Of a stretch of 64,000 bases of DNA, positions 9,077-18,599 are shown one piece after another. The notes under the pieces were generated by a model that was not told the origin of the DNA, ran no database searches, and saw nothing but the letters and a program-made list of their open reading frames with translations. Positions within the stretch are counted from its first letter, which is position 1, and each line of letters begins with the position of its first letter. The DNA comes from an uncultured virus (IMG/VR IMGVR_UViG_3300013126_000020) (Duplodnaviria > Heunggongvirae > Uroviricota > Caudoviricetes), in the IMG/VR virus record IMGVR_UViG_3300013126_000020, one strand, 5' to 3'. A program made the position numbers and the translations under genes.

Positions 9077-12000
9077 GACTGCCGCCTTCGATAACGCCGT
9101 CACTCTACCCAGGGTCGGGTTTCTCTCTGGAGTACTGCGAAGCTTGGTTGCCCCGCTATACGCTTTTCATGATGAAAAACACCCTGAGCTAGAGTTTTTG
9201 GCGCTAAGTCTTGCTGATCATTTTGCCGGCGCGGACCCGGAGACAAGGCTATTCCTGTCTCTGCGCTCACGAGACCCTTATGAGCTCGTCAATAAAAAGC
9301 TGCTCTCATTTAAGATGTCGCAGCTCCGAGCCTTTGCCGACGGCATAGAGAATCCCAGCGTTGAGCTCAGCGATGACAATATTCGCAAGCTAGTTGACCT
9401 CGTTATGCACGAGGCAGTATTCCTCGCATGGGAAGAATTCTTGCGCTCCAACCCTCGCGCGGCCCTGCTCGCTGGAGCAGAGGGCCTTGCTCCATCGGAG
9501 CTGGTCAAGACTGCAGCGAAGAAGAAGAAGAACGCCCCCGCGATTGCTGAAGCAGAAGGTGGAGCCGAAGCTGAAGGTGGAGCTGAAGGCGGCGCGGTAC
9601 AGCGTGGGCGCCTTCAGCGTCGCACGGGAGGTGAAGTCTACTCGCTAAGGGCCCCTACCATTAGCCAGGGCAGAGATGAAGTTGCTGTTTTGGCATACGA
9701 GGCCCTTCACAATGCTCTGGTAATGTCCTCGTTGCTTGAGGGCACCCTCCAGCATAGCGCCGGAACCACCAGGGCATTTAGGGAGCGATCACTTTCTATT
9801 TTAATACATCACGCTGATCAAGTCGACGAAATTGATAATTTCCGCGCAGCAGTCGCAGAGATATGTGCCTCTAATCAGCAGCGGCCTATTGTAAACGGCC
9901 TTCCACTTGTCAGTGATCCTCCGATGGGCGATATTCTCGGCTCTGATTTCTCCAGGTGGACCAGGTCCTCCGTCGTCGACGACGATAATGATGGCAAAGA
10001 ACACCATCCTGCGGGATTTGTAACTGCCATGGCACTTGGCGTTGACGCAAATACACGAAGAAATGCGGCAGAAACAAGTCTGCAAATTCGTAGAACTATT
10101 ATGGGGAAAGAAGCTGCCGGACCATCAATTATCTTAGGTACTGGGCGAGCTGCAATTGGGGCTCATAAGCGCCTTGCATCGGCATTTTCCTCAGAACCTG
10201 ACAAGCTTAAGTCTGCCATTCATGGGATTGTCGTTGCAGGCCTGAATGCCAAGATCAGAGCCATGAAAATAAATGGAGTGCCAACAGCCCCGTGGCTCGG
10301 TATTATCCCGGCGCTGACCTACCCTGATATAAAGCAAAAGGCCGATGCTGCACTGGGCAGAATCCTTGGAAGCATCGATGGCAATTTCTCATCTCTGGAG
10401 GAGGCTGCGCAGATATGCAATGCCGCGGTTGATAGCGAGGCTGCTAATGCGGATCTGCAAAAGGTAGCGCGCTCGCGGTGGGTCACCAAGCAAAATCATC
10501 CCACGGAAGAGCTGGGCAGCTCGTTCCTGCACTTTTTGGCGAGCACAATCTTGGGGCTACCGATCAAGCTTGCCTCACTATGGAAGGAAATGGTTATTAC
10601 AGAGGCCCTTGCTCCGATTCCCAAGCTAGATATATCAAAGGAGGTTCAAGTAGGGGGTAAAACACTAACTGTAAAGCAGCTCGCAAGCCTGCTCGGTACT
10701 TCCACTGTTGCCGACAAGGCGGCACGGACCTCGGTTGCGGCACAGGATGCAATCATAAATCTATTTAGCCACTCTACGGTTTCAAGCTCCGACCTGTTTA
10801 TCGCATCTTTTGATTATATCAAAGGCCTTGACAGCGCCCCACAAATTATCAGAGCTAGAGAGAAGGCAGTGACCAACATAAAGCGAGCCGTAGAGTCCGC
10901 TCGTGCTGCCATTACAAGGCAGCTGGCAGAGCTCAGGGCCAGCAAAGAGGCCGCAGAGCAGTCTGGCACAGCAGAGAGCCTCGACAGCATACGGCTGTAT
11001 GGCGAGACCATGAGTGCCGATGTGGCACAGGCGCTTCTGGAGTTGCCCCGAGAAGATCTTAGCGCCGCAGTCTTTGCAAGCCTGATAATGTCTTTCGACA
11101 GCACCTCGCTGCCACAAGCCGATCTACAGGCGACATGCAAAAAGATAATTGCTAGTAATGGTAAGCTATATGAAGGAGAAAATCTAAAGGACTTTGCAGA
11201 GCTATTTGCTAAAGCAATCCCTCCTAACTTTAATCGCCAGCGCCCCGCGCAGGTTGCGTCTGATTTCCTAGGGTCCTCCAAAAGGTACCAAGATGCACTC
11301 CTCTCGGAAGAAGTAACCGGAGAGGAGGGCGCAGATGCACTCGCAAACCTTGGCACAGGTCTAGATAGAATTCAGACAGGGACGGCAGATGCTTCTGCAA
11401 CTTGGTTTATGCACAGGGCATCTAGTATTGCCCTCGTAAAAAACCTGTTGTCTGAGCACATCGCAGTAACCCTTGACGACAATGAGAAGAAAATAAAGCA
11501 GGAGATCGAGGATCATGTCGCTGTCGATCCAGCCTCGGGCCTGAGCAAGAGTCTTAAGCAAGACATTGATAGCAAGATTGAGGATCTAGAGAGAACGGGT
11601 ATCCTGGGTCAGCGTGGCTTTGAGATAGATGCACAGGCCGATGACCTAAAGGAATCAGAATCAAAAGCTGTCAATCCAGAGCAAGCCGTGGTCCTCCGCA
11701 ATGTTAATCGGTTTTTGCGCAAGAACTCGAAGAGCTCAATCCTGGCAGAGCTACAGCGGCGTGGTTTTGACGAAACCTATTACGACGCATTACTTGTACT
11801 TGTTTCTCGAAAAATCGGAGTTCAGTTCGCCGAAATGCTGGAGAAGAATGCACTGTCGCGCTATTCCGCCAAGAAAGAGATGACCCAGTCCCTTGGGTCT
11901 GGCGGCGAGGTCAGTGTCTCGCGCACCGACCGTGATGGTGATCGTGACTACGGCGGTGGTGGCGGTCGCGATACCGGCGCCGAGGCCAGCGAGAACGAGG

Positions 12001-15000
12001 GCCTAGCCCAAGAATCTGCCGAAGCCCAAAAGATTCTCGGCAGTGGCGAGATTAAGAGTTTTGTGTCGAAGTGGTATACCTACCCGGTGTATGACTCGAA
12101 GGGCAACATCGGCGCGCAGTCTCTGGCGGGCTTTTTAGCAAATGCAATGCACAAAGCAGACCTGGCCCAAAATGGAGATGCCAAGGCCAAGGAGTACATA
12201 GAGTATATAACTAAAGACCCAGCCGTGAAAACTGGAAATGTGCGGACTCACCCCCTTTCGATGATGATGAAGCATGCCGTTCGCAATGCAGTTGGTGCTG
12301 AGCTGTTTCTTGATCCTGCGCGGAAAAATCTTGCTACGATCATTTCCTATAACAAGGCAAGCGGAAGCGATATAGTTTCATATGCCAAAGTAGCCGCGGA
12401 CATCGGGCTACTAGCAGATCCGATTCGTGCCGCAGAGAACCTAGCCGCTGGAGATCGGCGCGGAGACACTTATCGCCGTGCCTTTGAGAGAATGCTGATG
12501 AAAGCCGGCCATATGAAGGTAGACAATTATGAAATCTGGAAAGCCGGTATGCTAGAGGAGCTGCAGGTATTTAGAAAACAACAGATTGCTAAAATCGACT
12601 CACTTCTGGCGCGGGGCGTAATAACTGCTAGCTCCAAGAACATGCTAACAACCATTCTCGATAGAAAATTCAATGGAAGTGCCGCATTTGATGCCACGTA
12701 TTTGTCAACAGAAGAGGCGGATGCGCTCCTGGTAATTGGCAAGGCTATTGGCGCACAACTGGTTCCAGCTGTTGATGACATCCTGCGCGAGACCATTGCT
12801 TCTCCAGAGTTTGAGGCAGCCGCGAGGAACGCAAAGGATGATGTCCAGGCTATTGCGAAGGACGTAAAAGACGACAAGAAAAAGAGCTATGGCAGATTCC
12901 TGCAGCAAAGGCTCGATGCAGCGGGATTTCCCGCGGCAGATGTTAGCCTTGGCGAAAAAATAAAAGCAATTATGGAAGTTCGCAGGATGCGGACCCCGCC
13001 CGCCGATCCTAAGGCTGTGAAGGTTTTTAATAGCAACCTGAAGAAATTTGAGAGCAGTCTGCCGACACTTCGTGCATCGCAGGACCGACTCATTTCATCG
13101 ATTGTCAAGGCTGATGAGTTCCGCAGTGCGATTAGCCAATGGGCCAGTGAGCGCGGAGAAGAAATCAAGGCGCTTGTCGCAGCCGCTGATTTCGGCAACA
13201 AGGTTGCCGGAGCCCGCATGCTTGGCGCGGCCTTCAGAATAGCTATTAAGCAGGAGCTCGGAGAAGATGCAGAATCATCTTTTATGGATGCATCTGGCGG
13301 GTATTCTAATCTATTTGCCAGAGAAGACCTTGGTACAATCGTCAGCTTGCTAGTTGACTCTATAGAGCTTTATTTGAAGGACATTACTGACGCGTCACCG
13401 GAACGTGCGTCGCTTCTTAAGAAGAAGCTAGAGTCGACAGCTGTGACAGTGGGCACCGCATCTGTTGAGTCGGAAGGCCTGCTTCGGGTGCAGCAGCTTT
13501 CTCAGTTTGCCGATGGCACTCGCCTGATTGACGCTATTTCTGATGCGACAAAGAGTCTTCCGCAGCTGAAAATGTTTATGCAAACAGTAATAGCAGATAA
13601 AACCAGCCTTGCACTGCGCGGAGGAAGGGCGCTCCCTCAGACTCGACAGATGCTTGCCGAGGTCGCATCTCTGTTTGCTGAAAATAGCCCCGAGGTAGAG
13701 AGGATTGCCAAGGCCGCTCGTGGCAGCGAGAGCGACGAGGGGCGTGAGAAAAATCTGCGGCGCTACCGCCGTCTGGCGGCAGATGCGGCAGGCATACTGG
13801 AAGTAATATCCGAGCAGGTGGCGGTCGCCAGCGCTTCGGCAAATGAGATAGAAGAGGCCAAGAGCACGGCCTCTTTGATCACCGGCAGTGCCGCTCACAA
13901 TGAGATGTTGCGGCTAGAAGATGCTCTTCGCGCGGCTCGACTGCCACGGAGCCACGCCTTCTCTACGTACAAACGCACTTATGAGATGCATGCCGCCCAT
14001 GTGGCAGATGTTGCACAGAAGTACGCCAAGGCGGTCGAGCAGAACTACGGCTCTATGTTCGAGGCCCAAGAGCGGCTCAAGGCCAGCGGCAAGACTGTTG
14101 AAACTGCGACTCCGGAAGAGTTGGAGAGGGTGTTTCGACAGATCGCATCGGGATCGGTAGTCGGCCCGCAGCTAGACGCCAAGGTGCGAGAGATTAATGC
14201 CTCTCCGCTTGAATTCTTGCTAAAGAATCCAGACCTTATCGGAGTGGTACAGAGGCGATTTAATCTGGCCCAGATTAAAGAAGCATTTCTAAGTGCCGGA
14301 TTCGCACAACCGCTGTCTAGCATCCTAGCAGATTTTGCAGTGCAGGACGCAGGCGATCTTAGGGCCGTCCTCGCCAGCCGACCGGGATCCTATGCTAAGC
14401 TCAATAAATGGGTCGATGGTCAAAAAGGAACTCCCGAAGAGCGAAAGGCAGCGACAAAGAGCAAGGTGGCCAAGATAATGGACAATCACCTCTCTGAAGT
14501 GATCGCTGCAAATGCCAATAGCTTGGCAAGAAGAGCTCTTGATCTCCCCGAAGAAGAGGAAGAAGCGGACGATGTCGATCAAAGGCGCATTGCGGCCCAG
14601 GTCGAATTTGCGAAAACAAAAGGCGTCGAGATCTTCAAGAAGATCGCATATGCAGAAGCCAAGGTGCAACAAACTGCCGAGTTGGCCGCAGCCGCCGCCA
14701 AGGGACGCGATGTTGTTTCAGATGAGTTCCGCCGGGGCTTTGCAGAGGCACAGCAGCAGCGCGAGCTTGCACAAGAGATCAGTCCAGCAGACGACATTAT
14801 CAACTTTTCAGAAATTGTTCTGGAAGAAGACGAGGTAGTCACCAGTGAAGAGACTGAGCAGAAACGGAAGGTAAGGACAGAAATCGTTAATTTCTGCACC
14901 TCTTTCATGCGCAGGGATATGGGCAACAACATCGGCAAGGTCTTCGGCGACTTTATCAGTGCACTGCGGGCGCAGATCGATAATGAGTCGGTGCTTGACA

Positions 15001-16592
15001 AGCTCGAAGTCAGCGACCTGATCACCCTTAATACCGACTATATTACGCGCCTCAAGAATATCAAAGCAAATGCAAGGTCTGTGAAAGATGTCGGCAATAT
15101 GCTCGTGGCTCTTTCAAAAGATATTGAGCGCGTCGTATTCAAGAACACGACTTCCATCGCCTTCTCTCCAGCGGCAGAGAAGGATGAGAGCCGTTTTGAA
15201 TCAGAGCTTGACAAAGTCTTGGCGCGAATGAATGCTAAGATAGACAGCACCCTGAGCAAACCTGGAGTCAGCGCCGCGGAAGGCGACGACATGTCCCTTG
15301 CGGAGAAGGGGCTTGAGAATATCAGGCTCTCACTAAACTCTATCTCGCAGGACAAGCGTCAGGTCAACGGCGACCGTCTAGATGAAAAGGGCGTAATGTC
15401 AGTGCTCGCAGATATTGAAAAACTTATAGCGCCAGCCACTGCAGAAAGGGCCACGCCAGCGATCATGAAAACTCTCATGGACAAACTCGGGCTATTTGGC
15501 CTGTCGTCAAACCAACCAGGAGTCGGCTATTACGAGATCGGTGTACCACTTGTAATCCCAGACTCATCCGGCTTCCAGGCGGCAGTGGACCAGCTTGAGA
15601 GCGAGGTTGAGCAAGCGAAGCTCGGCTCAGGTCCGGCGGCTGCGGATGAATATCTTCCGCTAGAGAGCCTTGTGCGTGCATATTCTGAAGGCATGTACCA
15701 GTTTGCGCGCTCCGCCGACGTGGCAGCTGCGACTAGCCTGCTCTCGTCTCTGTTGCCAGGCATAAACGCAGGCTCTAAGATGAGCGAAAAACAAGTTAGC
15801 GAAATCCACTCTAAGCTAGCGGACATGGGAGTCATAACCAAGGCTCCTACTGCACCGCATGTGGTGGAAATCCATGATGTTCCACGGGTCGAGCCAATTG
15901 GCCCTGAGCAGCCGCCAGAGGCGCCACAGACTGCGGTTTCGCCACTAATGGACATTCAAGAGGGCAGGCTATCGCCTCCTCGTGCAGAGTCACCCGAGGA
16001 AGAGATTATCGAAGTCTCGGAAGGGGACATCGAACCTGTTGACGAAGGGGACATCGAACCTGTTGACGAAGAGGGCATCGAACCTGTTAGCGAAAATGAT
16101 GGTAGTGAAGAGCTCGATGAAATCCCGGCGGGAGAGGTCTATTTAATAGAGCAAGAACCTGCCGTCGCCCCTGCTCCATCGAAGGTCACTCCGACCCCGA
16201 TTGATCTCGGCCCTAAGCCCATGTCACAGGAGTCCCTCGAGGTGCTGGACAGAATTATAGAAGAAGCAGATACGATCAATAATATGCTGGCCGCGGCAGG
16301 AGTTGCGGGCCCAGTGCACGAGTCGCTAACCGGTATTAAGAACAGGCTAACGGCTGCAAGGGCCTCTGGCGTAGTAGCTGACGACCTGGATCAGCTCGTG
16401 GATGTTCTTGATCGTGCCATGGCCTTGTCTGATGAAGTAGCGGCGGGCGATCCAAGCGCGTTTGCTACGATTGCTCCGCCTGCAATGGCAGACTTGTTAG
16501 AGGGTGTGAGCAAGATTATCATGCCCAAGAAGGCCAACTCACGTCCTCCTGCATTTATACGAGATGGCGATAGTTGGACAGTGCTAGTGTGA
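9057..16592 (+). CDS. giant (2511 aa) Ala-rich helical orphan protein, possibly an internal virion protein
   Basis: 7.5-kb ORF with GAGG SD and a downstream terminator; begins MNFQLFKTAA; acidic Pro-rich C-terminal region. Confidence 0.85.
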   Translation: MNFQLFKTAAFDNAVTLPRVGFLSGVLRSLVAPLYAFHDEKHPELEFLALSLADHFAGADPETRLFLSLRSRDPYELVNKKLLSFKMSQLRAFADGIENPSVELSDDNIRKLVDLVMHEAVFLAWEEFLRSNPRAALLAGAEGLAPSELVKTAAKKKKNAPAIAEAEGGAEAEGGAEGGAVQRGRLQRRTGGEVYSLRAPTISQGRDEVAVLAYEALHNALVMSSLLEGTLQHSAGTTRAFRERSLSILIHHADQVDEIDNFRAAVAEICASNQQRPIVNGLPLVSDPPMGDILGSDFSRWTRSSVVDDDNDGKEHHPAGFVTAMALGVDANTRRNAAETSLQIRRTIMGKEAAGPSIILGTGRAAIGAHKRLASAFSSEPDKLKSAIHGIVVAGLNAKIRAMKINGVPTAPWLGIIPALTYPDIKQKADAALGRILGSIDGNFSSLEEAAQICNAAVDSEAANADLQKVARSRWVTKQNHPTEELGSSFLHFLASTILGLPIKLASLWKEMVITEALAPIPKLDISKEVQVGGKTLTVKQLASLLGTSTVADKAARTSVAAQDAIINLFSHSTVSSSDLFIASFDYIKGLDSAPQIIRAREKAVTNIKRAVESARAAITRQLAELRASKEAAEQSGTAESLDSIRLYGETMSADVAQALLELPREDLSAAVFASLIMSFDSTSLPQADLQATCKKIIASNGKLYEGENLKDFAELFAKAIPPNFNRQRPAQVASDFLGSSKRYQDALLSEEVTGEEGADALANLGTGLDRIQTGTADASATWFMHRASSIALVKNLLSEHIAVTLDDNEKKIKQEIEDHVAVDPASGLSKSLKQDIDSKIEDLERTGILGQRGFEIDAQADDLKESESKAVNPEQAVVLRNVNRFLRKNSKSSILAELQRRGFDETYYDALLVLVSRKIGVQFAEMLEKNALSRYSAKKEMTQSLGSGGEVSVSRTDRDGDRDYGGGGGRDTGAEASENEGLAQESAEAQKILGSGEIKSFVSKWYTYPVYDSKGNIGAQSLAGFLANAMHKADLAQNGDAKAKEYIEYITKDPAVKTGNVRTHPLSMMMKHAVRNAVGAELFLDPARKNLATIISYNKASGSDIVSYAKVAADIGLLADPIRAAENLAAGDRRGDTYRRAFERMLMKAGHMKVDNYEIWKAGMLEELQVFRKQQIAKIDSLLARGVITASSKNMLTTILDRKFNGSAAFDATYLSTEEADALLVIGKAIGAQLVPAVDDILRETIASPEFEAAARNAKDDVQAIAKDVKDDKKKSYGRFLQQRLDAAGFPAADVSLGEKIKAIMEVRRMRTPPADPKAVKVFNSNLKKFESSLPTLRASQDRLISSIVKADEFRSAISQWASERGEEIKALVAAADFGNKVAGARMLGAAFRIAIKQELGEDAESSFMDASGGYSNLFAREDLGTIVSLLVDSIELYLKDITDASPERASLLKKKLESTAVTVGTASVESEGLLRVQQLSQFADGTRLIDAISDATKSLPQLKMFMQTVIADKTSLALRGGRALPQTRQMLAEVASLFAENSPEVERIAKAARGSESDEGREKNLRRYRRLAADAAGILEVISEQVAVASASANEIEEAKSTASLITGSAAHNEMLRLEDALRAARLPRSHAFSTYKRTYEMHAAHVADVAQKYAKAVEQNYGSMFEAQERLKASGKTVETATPEELERVFRQIASGSVVGPQLDAKVREINASPLEFLLKNPDLIGVVQRRFNLAQIKEAFLSAGFAQPLSSILADFAVQDAGDLRAVLASRPGSYAKLNKWVDGQKGTPEERKAATKSKVAKIMDNHLSEVIAANANSLARRALDLPEEEEEADDVDQRRIAAQVEFAKTKGVEIFKKIAYAEAKVQQTAELAAAAAKGRDVVSDEFRRGFAEAQQQRELAQEISPADDIINFSEIVLEEDEVVTSEETEQKRKVRTEIVNFCTSFMRRDMGNNIGKVFGDFISALRAQIDNESVLDKLEVSDLITLNTDYITRLKNIKANARSVKDVGNMLVALSKDIERVVFKNTTSIAFSPAAEKDESRFESELDKVLARMNAKIDSTLSKPGVSAAEGDDMSLAEKGLENIRLSLNSISQDKRQVNGDRLDEKGVMSVLADIEKLIAPATAERATPAIMKTLMDKLGLFGLSSNQPGVGYYEIGVPLVIPDSSGFQAAVDQLESEVEQAKLGSGPAAADEYLPLESLVRAYSEGMYQFARSADVAAATSLLSSLLPGINAGSKMSEKQVSEIHSKLADMGVITKAPTAPHVVEIHDVPRVEPIGPEQPPEAPQTAVSPLMDIQEGRLSPPRAESPEEEIIEVSEGDIEPVDEGDIEPVDEEGIEPVSENDGSEELDEIPAGEVYLIEQEPAVAPAPSKVTPTPIDLGPKPMSQESLEVLDRIIEEADTINNMLAAAGVAGPVHESLTGIKNRLTAARASGVVADDLDQLVDVLDRAMALSDEVAAGDPSAFATIAPPAMADLLEGVSKIIMPKKANSRPPAFIRDGDSWTVLV
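16020..16088 (+). repeat. 24-bp coding tandem repeat (EGDIEPVD x~3)
   Basis: GAAGGGGACATCGAACCTGTTGAC twice exactly plus a degenerate third copy. Confidence 0.9.
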
Positions 16593-16619
16593 AGAGGGCG
16601 CCCTTCGGGGCGCTTTTTT
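16592..16619 (+). terminator. intrinsic terminator
   Basis: GCGCCC-TTCG-GGGCGC followed by TTTTTT. Confidence 0.85.
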
Positions 16620-16657
16620 CATGTCCGCACATTATTCGCCCGGGTGTAATTGCTGGC

Positions 16658-17899
16658 ATGACCAACATCCAACACTCGCTCCTTGAAAAAGACGGAAAAT
16701 ATATCGTCGACATTACAGTTCCAGGGCCTCTTGTAGAAAAAGCTCTGAATGCGGCGGCCCAGGCTATTGCAGATAAGGCAGAGGTCCCAGGCTTCCGGCC
16801 TGGAGCAGCCCCTCTCGCCATCGTGCGACAGCACTATGCGCCTCAACTAAAGGCCCAGGTTTCTTCCAGGCTTGTACAGGAGGCTACCCGAGACGCGCTA
16901 CGAACTCTGCAAATCTCTGCCGGAGCCAGACCAATGGTGCTACCAGAATTCAGGCCCGCTGGTATTCGCAAGTGGGTAGGTCGATTCGAGCTCAATGGCA
17001 CCTTCAAGTTCGCAGTCGCTACAGACGTGCCTCCGGCAGTTACCACCGTGGACATCGACGGGATCACTGTAACGCCTCATACCGATGATCCTAATGCGGT
17101 CATTGACGAACAGCTGCACCACTTGCGCCACGATCTTGCTATCAAGTCCCCTTCGAGCCAGCCATCAACGGAGCTAGATGAGATCATTTGCTCTATTGTT
17201 GCGCTTGACCAGAATGGACAGGCACTCCCAGAAATGTCACTGGCCAGCTTCCCGCTGTCTCTTGATCTACAAAAGGAAGCCCTACTAAGCCGTACCATGG
17301 CCGCCCAGCTAATCGGCAGGCGCCCTAGTGATCAGGTGGAGTTTTCAGAAGATGGCCTCACCTATCGAATTTCCATCGAAGCAGTCAACATAAAGACCCT
17401 GCCAGTTCTAGATGATGCGTTGGCTCAGCAGTGCGGAATCGCTTCGCTGCAGGAGCTTCGTGATCGAATCCACGAGGAGTGGCTACTGCGAAATGCCGCC
17501 CGAATCAGGCGAGATCTTCACATGCAAGTTCGCGAACAGCTTGTGGCCAAGAACCCATTCCAAGTTCCGGAGGCCTGGACAGCAGATTATCGGGAAAAAG
17601 TTCAGAGTCTGGCAGATTTTTCCGAAGCACTCCAGGAGAGCGAAGAGCGAGCTGCCCGATTTGCCCAGATCTACGCCGCGTCAGACTACCTACTAGAGAT
17701 TATCGAAGAAAAGTTTTCAAGTGAAGTACAGCTGTCGGACGCAGATTTGCTTAATTACGCCAAAGAAGAGCTGGGCGTGTCTGGAGTAAAACCCGAAGAT
17801 TATATCAAGGTTATGCTGGCAAAGGGCCAGTACGATTCATGGGTTCTTCAGCAGAAGAAGACGAAAACGCTCGATTGGCTTATTACAAGGGCCAAGTGA
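16658..17899 (+). CDS. tig: trigger-factor-like chaperone
   Basis: ribosome-binding signature VPGFRPGAAP, LPVLDDALAQ, NPFQVPE and C-terminal KTLDWL; start re-assigned to ATG 16658. Confidence 0.85.
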   Translation: MTNIQHSLLEKDGKYIVDITVPGPLVEKALNAAAQAIADKAEVPGFRPGAAPLAIVRQHYAPQLKAQVSSRLVQEATRDALRTLQISAGARPMVLPEFRPAGIRKWVGRFELNGTFKFAVATDVPPAVTTVDIDGITVTPHTDDPNAVIDEQLHHLRHDLAIKSPSSQPSTELDEIICSIVALDQNGQALPEMSLASFPLSLDLQKEALLSRTMAAQLIGRRPSDQVEFSEDGLTYRISIEAVNIKTLPVLDDALAQQCGIASLQELRDRIHEEWLLRNAARIRRDLHMQVREQLVAKNPFQVPEAWTADYREKVQSLADFSEALQESEERAARFAQIYAASDYLLEIIEEKFSSEVQLSDADLLNYAKEELGVSGVKPEDYIKVMLAKGQYDSWVLQQKKTKTLDWLITRAK

Positions 17900-17935
17900 C
17901 TAAAACAGCCGGTAGATGAAAGATAAGGAAACGCA

Positions 17936-18217
17936 ATGAATAAGAAGACTGTCTCATGCACTGTTAGTGGTTTTGCCATCCGCAAGTACACCTCAACCGA
18001 GGGTAAGAAGGAAGAGGATCCCGGCACCGTAACCCTTGCGCTCATCGGCAGCAAGGCCGATATCCGCCCGAACGAAGCACTCGGTCAGCTCACGGTTTCC
18101 GATGTACTTGCTGCTCTCAATATTCATCAAGAATCACGGGAGCAGGTAGAGATCACGCTCAACTTCTCTGTACCAGAAGAGGTTGCAAAGCAGATCGAAG
18201 CCGCCCGGCGGCACTGA
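17936..18217 (+). CDS. hypothetical protein
   Basis: AAGGA SD; followed by a terminator. Confidence 0.7.
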   Translation: MNKKTVSCTVSGFAIRKYTSTEGKKEEDPGTVTLALIGSKADIRPNEALGQLTVSDVLAALNIHQESREQVEITLNFSVPEEVAKQIEAARRH

Positions 18218-18220
18218 GCA

Positions 18221-18253
18221 AGACCCGCCGCAAGGCGGGTTTTTGTTTTTTTT
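18221..18253 (+). terminator. intrinsic terminator
   Basis: ACCCGCC-GCAA-GGCGGGT followed by a long T tract. Confidence 0.85.
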
Positions 18254-18263
18254 GGAGAACACC

Positions 18264-18590
18264 ATGAGCGAAGAGAAGAAATCGATACGAGTGGCAAAGG
18301 CAACCCTTTGCCCGCGATGCAACTCTTTTATATATCACCTGCCCGTAGCCTTGGATGCAACTGTTGCCGAAAGTCTTGCGCTTTTTGGCAACCCAGTCTA
18401 TCCACTTGACAAGTTCAAGATTCTCAAAATAGAGTCGGAGGGGATCGCAATCGATTCCGCGCTTGGCAAAAAAGAAGTGCGTGTAAAGTTCAAGAAGAAC
18501 GCAGTGTCGATGTCTGCGCTCTTTCGCGCTTCGCTCCTAAGCTGGGTAGAGAGCAAAGTCGGCCCAACTGACTATATTGGAACGCCATAG
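18264..18590 (+). CDS. hypothetical protein (CxxC)
   Basis: GGAG SD before ATG 18264. Confidence 0.65.
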   Translation: MSEEKKSIRVAKATLCPRCNSFIYHLPVALDATVAESLALFGNPVYPLDKFKILKIESEGIAIDSALGKKEVRVKFKKNAVSMSALFRASLLSWVESKVGPTDYIGTP

Positions 18591-18599
18591 GAATTAAGC

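Noticed and set aside
11925..11952. RNA polymerase catalytic motif in the giant protein (TDRDGDRD)
   Set aside because: Lies in a Gly-rich low-complexity stretch and lacks the NADFDGD context
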